Positions 53,911-64,000 of a stretch of 64,000 nt of DNA are shown piece after piece; within the stretch, counting starts at the first letter, position 1; each line of letters opens with the position of its first letter. This stretch comes from Macrostomum lignano (lineage: Eukaryota). The stretch lies in NCBI GenBank assembly GCA_002269645.1, contig NIVC01002544.1, positions 99,045 to 163,044 of the forward strand, written 5' to 3'. A model generated the notes under the pieces. It searched no databases, was not told the DNA's origin, and saw only the letters and a list, made by a program, of their open reading frames with translations. A program made the position numbers and the translations under genes.

Positions 53911-56465
53911 CAATTGCACAATCGATTAACTCACCTTCATCAGGTGAGTTCCCAGTTCGGCGAAGTCGCATTCTGAGTTCGTGGCAGTCATCATTCGACG
54001 ATGGTCCGACGTGTTTCCACAGCAGGAATCAGGCAGACGAAGCCTCCATCATCAGCAACAGGCAAACCAGCTACAAGTTCTTCCACAGCGCCAACAGAAG
54101 CCAAGCAGACGGCGGGTTTCACTGGTTCGCCGTGCAGCTGAATGAGCCAGTGATCATCAGATCTGTGACTTTGAAGGGCAGAGAGGGTGAGTGAAAGACA
54201 ACTTACTTCTTCTTTCTGCCTTAGGCTTCTGTAAAGACTGAGTCTCCTGCTCTGAAGATTCCACCGTACAGTAATATGTTTCAGTAAGATCAAAAGTAAC
54301 TCCTCATCTTATTTTCAGACGGTGTGATATATAATTATAATCGAGCAAAGGACATTGAAATATTTACCTCCAACTCTAGCAGCTCCCTGATCCATGGGGA
54401 TAACTGCAACATCAGGAATATGGGCCTTCAGTTTAAAAATTCGATGCACCTTTGGAGGCCATGCGGCGTAACTAAAAAGCAGGGAGACGTCGCAGATGGA
54501 GAAATGTTTCACGTGAAATGCGTTGCTGAGGTAAAAATATTTCAAATATCTGCAGTGATTTGAGTCTTATGGTCTCTTAAAGCAACCTGAAATGATGAGC
54601 ATTTAAACTGCAGGTCCGAAGTCTACTCCTGCGAAGAAACGTGTCTAAAGACACGGACGGGCACATGAGCTTTGCTGACCTGAGGCTTCAGACTGGGAAA
54701 ATCAGTAAGATTTTTGAGCTGTCATGAGTTGTGTCCAAGTCCTGGTGTGTGTGCTAAGTTGAAGCGCTAGCAGTACATGCAAAATGACTGAAGTTCGTCT
54801 CAAAAGTGTCTCAAATCATTGCATTTCAGAAGTCGAGAGCCCCAAGGCGGTGCTGCAGCACTCAGCATTCTCAGTGCGCTGCCTTTTGGACTGCAACGGT
54901 CGAACCGAATTCTCACCGAAGTTGGAGCTCTGCCTTCCAAACGGAAGCTGCGTTGGACAAGCTGAAGCCGTCATTCACAGGGCGCAGCTGTGGCACCATG
55001 GAAACTACACGTGCAAGCTGGGCAGCTCGCGGAGCTCAAAGTTCTTAACGGTGTTTTGTAAGTTGATTCCGGCCTCTGGATGACAGTCGATTGATTAGCA
55101 TTTGGTTACAGCAGCGTTGCACTGGGACTCCTCTCGTACACAGATTGGGACAAAATTCTCAGTGTATGCTCACAAGGAGTGCAAGCTTAAGGCTGACTGG
55201 TGGCAGTAGGAGCAGCCTTCAACGGCAGCAGATCAGACTGCATTTCAGGTCACCTTTCTATTAGCCTTTTATCCTTACAGGGTATGTCAACTAAGTCCGG
55301 AAAGGGAAACGGATTGTCAAAGGGGTGGTTTCTCTCTCGGACGCCATTATTGGATCCACCAACCAGTGTAGAACGATCGATGGAGATGTGTACATATTCA
55401 AAATATTCACATAGACTTTTGCACTCAAATGATGTGGAGTAACTTCTATTCATCTTCGGTACGGTATTCAATACGTATCGATCCACGGCCTAAATAGGTT
55501 TGAAAAAATCATGAAAACCATCAGATAACTGAAAAGCTTATTGATCGAACTTGATGAACTCCATTCCCCTTTTTAATATGCTCACAGACCCGCCATCAAG
55601 CGCATCAATTTCTGTACTCAATCTGCCAACCTGCGAGAACTCATCCGACGTATTGGTACAGTTCGCATCGTCTGCATCTCTACCAGTGCCCGAGCACAGA
55701 TGCAGCGCTGTTGGTGGCGGATTGGAAGTGCGAAACCTCACGCAGCTGTCATTTGTGAGTCGCTTGCATTTTGCACTTTCACACTATGAGTGACTACGCG
55801 CTGACATGCTGACCAGCGAGCTTCATCAATTCCAGAGCTCGTGCGGAGACGGTTGGGTCAGCACGTGGGCACTGGCGATCGGGGGGAAGCTGAGCTCAGA
55901 GTGGCTTGTGGGCCTCGTCGAGTGCAGCGCAGTGCAGAATCTGCCGCCGGAGATCCGGTTCAAGGCGAGCACAGGGCCTCAGCTTGCTACAGCTGCGGCA
56001 GTCACAATGGTCTCATCAAACCTGATGTGCAGTCCTTACACATGTACATTTCACAGTTCTTGTACGGATTTCTAACAGCAACTGCTCTGCTAAGTGTGCT
56101 CTTGCTTGTCTTGGGCTCGGTGAGTAACCCCTCTCTCTAAATTATATTTTCCGTCTCTGTGCTCTAAGCTGCCGTGTTGCATCTGCTAACTTCAGTTTTC
56201 AGTCATCAAATTCAGAGTAACAAAGTCGTGGACAAAACAAACTATTCCAATGGTAAGCTTTGATTTTCTCAATCTGTACAGTCGACTCAAACTGTGACAG
56301 CTAAAGTTCGAACTCTTTGCGCTTTAGTCTGATCGATCCACGACGCCTGGATCTGGAGCACCGGTTGCTGCCGCTTCTGCTTCCATGGAGTATGAGAACT
56401 CTGGTTACAACCTGGAGGATGCTACTGGTGTCTACGTGACCTGAGGGTTTTCAAGCTGGCAAAGT

Positions 56466-57560
56466 GATCCTGATCCTGATCCTGATCCTGATCCTGATCC
56501 TTATCCTGTCCTGATCCTGATCCTGTTCCTGATCCTGATTCTGATCCCGATCCTGATCATGATCCTGATCCCGATCCTGATCCTGATCCCGATCCTGTCC
56601 TGATCCTGGATCCTGATTCTGATCCTGATCCTGATCCTGATCCTGATCCCGATCCTGTCCTGATCTTGATCCTGATCCAGATCCTGATCCTGATCCAGAT
56701 CCTGATCCTGATCCTGATCCTGATCCTGATCCTGATGCTTATCCTTATCTCGATCCTGATCCCGATCCCGATCCTGATCCTGATCCTAATCCTGATGCTT
56801 ATCCTGATCCTAAACCTGATCCTTATCCTGATCCCGATCCTGATCCTGATCCTGGATCCTGATCCCGATCCTGATCCCGATCCTGTCCTGATCCTGATCC
56901 TGATCCCGATCCCGATCCTGATCCTGATCCTGATCCTGATCCTGATGCTTATCCTGATCCCGTCCTGATCCTGATCCTGATCCTGATCCTGATCCTGATC
57001 CTGATCCCGTCCTGATCCTGATCCTGATCCTGATCCTGATCCTGATCCTGATGCTTATCCTGATCCCGTCCTGATCTTGATCCCGATCCTGTCCTGATCC
57101 TGATCCTGATCCTGATCCTGATCCCGATCCTGATCCTGATCCTGATCCCGATCCTGTCCTGATCCTGATCCTGATCCTGATCCTGATCCTGATCCCGATC
57201 CTGATCCTGATCCTGTCCTGATCCCGATCCCGATCCTGATCCTGATCCCGATCCTGATCCTGATCCTGATCCTGATCTTGATCCCGATCCTGTCCTGATC
57301 CTGATCCTGATCCTGATCCTGATCCTAGATCCTGATCCTGATCCTGATCCCGATCCTGTCCTGATCCTGATCCTGATCCTGATCCTGATCCTGATCCTGA
57401 TCCTGATCCTGATCCCGATCCTGATCCTGATCCTGATCCTGATCTTGATCCCGATCCTGTCCTGATCCTGATCCTGATCCTGATCCTGATCCTAGATCCT
57501 GATCCTGATCCTGATCCCGATCCTGTCCTGATCCTGATCCTGATCCTTATCCTTTCCTGA
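56466..57560. repeat. (GATCCT)n degenerate hexamer array immediately 3' of the G7 stop
   Basis: Directly visible. Confidence 0.95.
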
Positions 57561-58029
57561 GCCTAATTCGATTTATTGTTCTCAGTTCATGAGGATGTGT
57601 TTATCCCAGAGCTAGATTTACCGTACACATAGGCCAATATATTTTATTTTACTGCGCTTGATACACATTAGAAATAATGACGCAACACTCCCGAATACTG
57701 TAAAACAGTTTTGAAGCCGACAGTTCAATTACCAATATCACCTGATCTGTTTGATGCAGAAGCAAAATTCTTTTGATAGTTTTTTCAGAATTTATTCACA
57801 ATTCACTTTTTTTCCAATAAACCATATGATATATAGTATTAGCCAATGCTAAACATAGCTGTGCCTTAAGCTACATCATATCTAGCCTAAAGTCTAAAAG
57901 CTAAGCACTGCAGGTCATTTGATGTTTTCAACAGTTTAATATTGGTCCAAGACTTTTTAAAACAAATTTATATTACCATACCTAATTTCATACTAAATTA
58001 TATTAAAAAACAACAATATACACCTCTTG

Positions 58030-58790
58030 CCGGCCACAAGTGGTCACAGAGGGGGAGGTGTCAGAACACACGTCATTGGGCCGCACTTCTCAAAAATTCA
58101 TCTCCTCCAGTCAGAGTCGGAACGGGGGTTCTCGCATCCTTCAGAAGCAGCTCGGGGTAGCGCGTTGTTTGCCATTGGCTTCGTCTCCGCGGACCCTACG
58201 CCGTTGACGTAGCGTTGACGTTGACCTAGCAGGTCGTGTAACGGCTCACGGCAGCGACTCTTCGACCGGATGACGTGGCCAGCCAGCTTGAGCCAGCTTG
58301 AGAGCGCAGCATCACAGAGTGCTCGGCGTAGAGCAGAGAACAGTCTCGACGACTGCCCGAAACAGCTGAGCCCTGGTCGCGTCATCCAGAGCCTCAGATC
58401 GCAGCACTGCGAGTGCACCGAGCGTAAGGCGTCTCCTCAAGTCACGGCGATATCAGGCACGAGTTCGCCGAGGTATACAAAATGTGTGGAAGCGGGGTCT
58501 CATTCCTGACAGCATCTCGGCAGGTCCAGCGGCATAGTGAAGACTTCTGCGCGTGCAGCGTGAGAGGGCCGACCATCGCTGCCGCTTTCGTCAAGCCATC
58601 CAGCAGCCGTTGGGCGCCTTCGACTGTTGAAGACACTGCAACGCTAGGTCATCCACGTAGCCGAGCACACAAAGACGCTTCTCCGGATGCCTCCGACTCA
58701 TGCGACGTCTAAAGCATGAAGCCATTGCCATCGTCCGACTCAGGCAGTCTGTTCTCAGCACCCAGTACTCGTACGGTACCAGCCACAAAT
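58030..58790 (-). mobile_element. Degenerate LINE reverse transcriptase fragment (RTE-like)
   Basis: LGYVDDLAL (YADD-type motif) and LKLAGHVIR C-terminal motif in broken minus-strand frames. Confidence 0.7.
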
Positions 58791-59905
58791 AGAAAAAGCG
58801 CCAGCGTGTCAACCTAAAGTAGTAATAATCTGCAGTACATGTACAAAGACAAGTAAACTGAGACAGTGTACCATTAAATTCGCATCTGGATTTTTGCACT
58901 TCCGAATTCCAAATAGAGTCTGTCAGGCGAAATTTCAGCTGTTCCTGTCTGTTTGAAATTATTGAGTTATAGTTTAATAAAAGTTTCATCATTAAGCAAC
59001 GATGCATTGCATAAATGCAAAAGAAAACTCTATTTCAGTAATTCCTATACTGGAGTTAAATTGGAGGAGTAAGTGGGCGCAGGGCCCAAACGATATTTAA
59101 TGGTATTTATACCAGACATTAACTTTGGGGGTTGAGCCCAGAATAATAAGGAGAGGGGGGCGGAGGGAGACTGGAGAGCCAATCAGAAGGCGGCGAGGGA
59201 GACAGAGATAAGAATAACAAGATTGAGCTAGACAGAGGGCCTTTTCATATTGCTTGTTCTGGTTCCAGAACCAGAACCAATTTGTGAAGTATAACTTTTT
59301 GTCTCCATAACTAGAGGGAGATACGTGCTATAAAGTTTTTATTATTGAATGACAATCGCCAAGAAGAAAGTGAAAAATTGTGCTAAGTGAGGTTGTTAAG
59401 GCAGTCAAACATTCAACAGAGTTAAATAGTTATACTGCTGTTTTTCTTGAAGATCCGAACCGATTCTGATTCTGGAATTGGTAATATGAAAAGCCTCAGA
59501 GAGAGAGGTGAACTAAGAAATGACTAGGAAAGTCGCGACACCTGCAGAGTCAGAGACGGCCAAGCAAACTCAGTCCCCATCGGAGCCAAGAAACCCAAAT
59601 ATGATTTTCGTCGCTTATTCAAACCAAGTTCAGTTTGGCCAAGGACTTCTATTATCTAGAAGTCCTTGGTTTGGCTAAGCTGCAGCCAGAGAGTTTGTAA
59701 ACATTTTATTTCAACTTGCAGTCTTATACACAGATGGAACTTGTAGTCACCACCTGCCGGAACAGAACTTGCGACTGCAGCCCTGCATCAATGGTTTCTG
59801 CAGCCAAATACAAAAGCCATGACACAAGATCAAAATGGATTCTTTTTTGCTGCGCTTGTTGTACTAAACGACAGAATTGCTTTGAAGTGATCAGCAAGTG
59901 TCTGC

Positions 59906-62124
59906 ATGATGGAAGCTGCAGCGCTGATATCCCTGTTAGGGCTCTGCTCTGCATCGCTACCTGTCTCTGCGACTGTGAGTGAAAGCTTTTTAAACCCTCC
60001 AGGGTGTTTTTTCAAGCGAAATGGATTTCTAACTTCTCAAGTTCCTATGTTGCAGGTGGGGTGCCGATTCGCAACAAGACTGTACTCAACGCCTGGCAGT
60101 CCTCTTATTTCTATTCTTGCTTTCACGAGAGAGACCAGCTGAATGAGAGCAATGTTCTGAACACAAGCCAAAGTTTTCAGTTCATTCACAGCAATGACAA
60201 AAAGCATTTTAACGATAGCGGATTTCACTGGTTCGCTGTGCAGCTGAGTGAGTCAGTGCTCATCGGTTCTGTGACAGTGAAGGGCAGCGAGGGTGAGTTA
60301 CACCACAGACCAGTTTTATGAAGCACTGATTGACTAGTTGGTTAACTTACTTGACATAGCTTCAGGGAGTCCGGGCATCCGGATGCAGCGAGGCGTCGCC
60401 GCCCATTTTGCGAACCCCTGGCGACCAGGGAAGCTGGTGCTGCGGTGTTCTGCAGGGAGATCCGGTGGTGCCAGTGTCCGCAGCGCGGTAGCCTTAGGTA
60501 GCGGACGAGCTGGCAGAGATTCTCGGGCCTGAAAACGTCGGAGAGGTCCGAGTTTGGGCTGAGGTAGGTGAAGCCTGTCCTGAGTAAAGGCGGAGCATTC
60601 ACAGATGAAGTGCTCCGCATTCTCGACACCGGAGAGGCAGAAAGGGCATCATTCCTCGCTACGGATTTTTCCTGAAGGTAACGATGCCTGGCAAAACAGC
60701 CATGACCCGAGAGGTCCATGGTCACGGCCCTGATGTCCCTGCGGTTGAGTCCAAGCAGGACTCTTGGCTAGTTGGTTGATTTCATAAAAAACAGCAGCTG
60801 CTTTTTATTGACTGTCTAAGCTGGATGCTGTAATTTAACCCTAAAGTCATCGGTTCGCTTATGAAACTAAATCACTGCAGCATTCCTGAAACCCTCTTTC
60901 TTCCGGTATTTTTTACAATCTCGTTGATCTGGCAATAATTTCAGTCTTCTCGGATGCTGAAATGTTCCGCAGCTCAGCTGGCATCGAGATCTGGACTTCG
61001 AACTCAGAGGAGCAACTGTTTTCTGGCAATCACTGCAACTCAAAAAATATGAGCAAACAGTTTAATAAGTACCTGAGCAGTTGGAAGCGTTGCGGTGTCA
61101 CTACAAATAGGTCGATGAGTAGCACACGTAATGGGCTCTACATGGTGGACTGTCTTGCAGAGGTGAGCATTGATGCTACAGAGATTATGTGCTTAATTAG
61201 TTCATCTCACCCGGATCTCAAAATGTTGAGTGCAACATCCAGGTCCGGTATCTGCTCCTCAGGAGAAACGTGAGCCTGAGCTTCTCAGCCAGAGACTACG
61301 GCTATCTGAGCGTCTCAGATCTGACGCTGCAGACAGTGCGCCTGGGTGAGGCTGTGGACTTTCCCAAAGCACTTGAAGACCAGAGAAGCCTCAAAAGTGG
61401 CATGAAAATATCTGATAATATTGTGGGCTTTGGCCTGACTTTCTAGTCATCAGGCTTGTGCACTCTCTGTGCATTGGGGGCTGGCCTTCATGGTCATGAA
61501 TGACACGAGAACTGCCACGGTAAATAGCATTATAGCATTAAAGTATAAATTTATATGACTTGATTTGCAGTACCATCGACAGACCAACTTGTTGCTGCAA
61601 ACGAAAGCTTTAACGTGAGCTGCTCGTGCATTCTATGCAACGGCACGGAGTTGAGCACGAACTCAAGGCAGCTGCAGCTGTGCCAACCAGACGGAAACTG
61701 CACGAAACCTGGAAGCTGTCGTTGTGAAGGCACAGTCGCAGCACTCTGGCCTCTACACCTGCCAGCTTGGCTCTGCCGCAGAGTCAACTTCCGTCACAGT
61801 GCTGTGTGAGCTGAGTGTCATTGCTTGTCTCCATATTTAAATACAATTAATAGACAAAAAGCAACCATAACGTGTTGCATTTTCAGCATCCTCGCATGCG
61901 CAAACAGCAGCCGAGAACGACAGTTTTGCAGTGAGCTGCACGCTGTACTTCAATGGTTCGGAGATCATTGGAACAACACAAGCGGCATGCAGCTGTGCCA
62001 ACCAGATGGGGAACTGCAGTGGCGGGCCGGGAGCTGCGGATCAACAGGGCGCTGCGGCAGCACTCCGGCAGCTACACCTGCCAGGTGAACTCCACTCGAG
62101 TTTCAACCTTCGTTACCGTGCTGT
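59906..62124 (+). pseudogene. G8: SP-L-Ig-Ig..., several frameshifts, no TM seen in window
   Basis: Exons 59906-59974 (needs +1 G at 59939-59941 to give MMEAAALISLLGALLCIATCLCD), 60056-60292, 60945-61162, 61243-61345, Ig 61571-61805 and 61887-62124, both frameshifted. Confidence 0.72.
60344..60767 (-). mobile_element. 5'-truncated LINE with 10-bp target-site duplication
   Basis: TSD CTAGTTGGTT at 60334-60343 and 60768-60777; LNRRDIRAVTMDLSGHGCFARH is homologous to the 48320-48390 element; GTAA-type tail. Confidence 0.75.
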
Positions 62125-62330
62125 GTGAGTTCATTTCAATTTGAAATTGAATGGATAAAGAAAGGCCCTTTAACTCATCTGAAATGTTTGTTATAGCCCA
62201 ACAGAAACTTAGAAAATAAGTTTCCACTTGACTAAATAGCTTGTGATACAGATGATGATGTCGTTGTGTTGTTGTTGCTGCTGCTGTTGTTGTTGTTGTT
62301 GTTTTTTTTTTGTTGTGCTTTTAAACCTGA

Positions 62331-64000
62331 TGTAACCGCCCTTGTCGCCTGTCCGCTCCGTAGAGAGACGAACGAGGGGGGGGGAGACGAGAGAGGGGGC
62401 AATGACCGTAGGCTGCCTATGACCGGGCAATGACCTGACGGACCTCAGCACCAGACTGTCCCGTCCACATGATTGATAGCTTTGTAGTGCTTCGTGACCA
62501 GAGGGCCAAGGACCCACATGGACCCCACCTGCAGCCAAGGTGCAAAACCTGCAGCAAAGGCTGCCACCACTCTATGTGACCTGGCGCACCTGGATCTTTC
62601 TACCAGACTCTCGAGGCTAGAGCCCCGCCTGGGGTGGTTACCAGGAGATTTAGGCTAACAGGGGAGACACATGCAGCCGAGTACAGGGACTCTGCTTGGG
62701 GCATGATCGGGAACTCTGGCTCAATCTGGAGGATTTCTCAGCAGGGGATCCTTTGTGGCTGTGAGCGAGGCTGACTTGCGACTTTGATTACTAAGAGTAG
62801 TATGAGGCGAACATCTACTGTCTCTAGTTTAGATTGCTCAGGGCGAAGGGACGCGTCAGCATGGGGTTGCAACCTTCCTATGCCATTCTGTGCCAAGACT
62901 CGCTAATCCCTCTACTGCACGCACACACGGCCCCGCAGCACGCACTCACAGACGAGCTTTGCACGGGGAGAGGCCATTAACTTACCCAAACTTCCCTATG
63001 CTTTGCCACCCCGGGAGAAAGGCTTAGCAAGCCATGAGTGAAATGATGGTGAAAGAGTGAATAATGATGAGGTTAGTTAATAGTTAATAATTAGGCCCTT
63101 AGGCAAATAACCAGGCAATTAGGCGGCTTCACTATTGAGTAAAAATACAGCAAAAGGTACGGTATCACAACTGGCTCAGCCCTCTAATCAGACAATGGAA
63201 AATAGGCAAACCCCGGATAAGCAAAGGCAATTAGAGCACAAATCAGTAACAGGAACTTACCGGCAGCTGCACAGAGAGAGAGAGAGAGAGAGAGAGACGG
63301 AGTGACCGAGGGTGGCTGTAGGCTGCAGTCAGGCGACAGTGAAGCGGCGATGCGCTGAAGCGACGAGGCGCTGGTGTAGATCAGGCGAAGCTGATGATGC
63401 TGGGCGGTGTCAGACCGCTGGCCAATAGGCGAGCTCACTTGGGGAGCTGAAGATAACTTGGCGGTATCAGACCGCAGACCGGCAGGGATTCGTCTTATAG
63501 ACGAATGGGTCAGAACTCAGTCTGACGGCAAGTCTAAAGAAAGACTAGGAGCCCGAAGGTGGGCAAAAGTTGAGTCTTCTCATGCCGAAAACCGCCTCCT
63601 TTTATAGCCTTCCCAGCCGCCGCTCCAAGGTCGTTTCCATGGCTCCCTCTCTCTGATTGGCTGCCGGCCGAATGACGTCAGAATGAGTCATGATGAGAAA
63701 CATGAGACCGGCATAGCAACATGAGAAATAGGGAAATTGCGCAATCCGGAGGTGGGGTGGGGGGATAATTGGCGCAGCGGGTGGTTGCGAAAGTGTTGCG
63801 CAAGCAAACATTGAGAACAATAGGGCTGGGGTCGAGAACAAAGGAATTGAAATCGGGATAATTGGGAGAATCGAGAACAATAGAAAAGCAAACATTGGAG
63901 AAAAGGTGATAATTAGGTGCGAAAACGAGAACAAAAGAAAGAGAAAATCGAGAAAATGTGATGATTGGTGGGGGTAAAGAGAACAAAAGAATCAAAACGA
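62331..64000 (-). mobile_element. Possible LTR-like element (runs off window)
   Basis: Boundary TGTAACCGCCC (minus-strand end ...TTACA) and a compact minus-strand promoter; no coding region seen. Confidence 0.3.
63600..63690 (-). promoter_or_regulatory. Compact Pol II promoter-like cluster: AP-1, CRE, CCAAT, TATA
   Basis: Minus strand in order: TGACTCA (63684-63690), TGACGTCA (63673-63680), CCAAT (63656-63660), TATAAAA (63600-63606). Confidence 0.5.

Larger units (their letters stand above)
50091..56444 (+). pseudogene. G7: SP-L-Ig3-(broken Ig)-L-Ig-MP-TM-tail; two frameshifts (possibly rescued or artefactual)
   Basis: Exons 50091-50154; L1 50226-50471, 50539-50753, 50821-50917; Ig 51149-51385, 51531-51779, 51869-52093, 52898-53132 (8-nt deletion); L2 53944-54186, 54319-54530, 54614-54704; Ig 54830-55057; MP 55588-55754; TM 55836-56119 (-1 near 55964); tail 56196-56252, 56328-56444 (MEYENSGYNLEDATGVYVT*). 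Confidence 0.75.

Noticed and set aside
59150-59190. GC-box and CCAAT as the G8 promoter
   Set aside because: About 700 bp from the start, no TATA and no equivalent upstream of other paralogs; could be chance or TE-derived.

Overview
Eukaryotic (metazoan, intron-containing, simple-repeat-rich) DNA; short GT-AG introns and very long perfect microsatellites suggest an invertebrate such as a Macrostomum-like flatworm (inference only). The window is a tandem cluster of eight same-strand paralogous genes (G1-G8), reconstructed by hand exon by exon. Each encodes a signal peptide, 1-3 divergent F-type-lectin (fucolectin/FTP)-like domains (3 exons each), 0-8 short Ig-like domains (one phase-1/1 exon each) and, in most, a membrane-proximal domain, a TM helix and tyrosine-motif tails (ITSM TVYEEI, ITIM-like SYYTVV, YxxM, YEN). 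Domain number and order differ in every gene. There is evidence of exon shuffling, segmental duplication, local gene conversion and decaying exons. An antisense PAN + C-type-lectin gene is nested in a G4 intron. Intergenic and intronic space holds micro/minisatellites, tRNA-derived SINEs, two head-to-tail Helitron-like elements, and LINE and Gypsy remnants. Overall it looks like a diversifying lectin-Ig immune/recognition receptor locus. No database searches were run.
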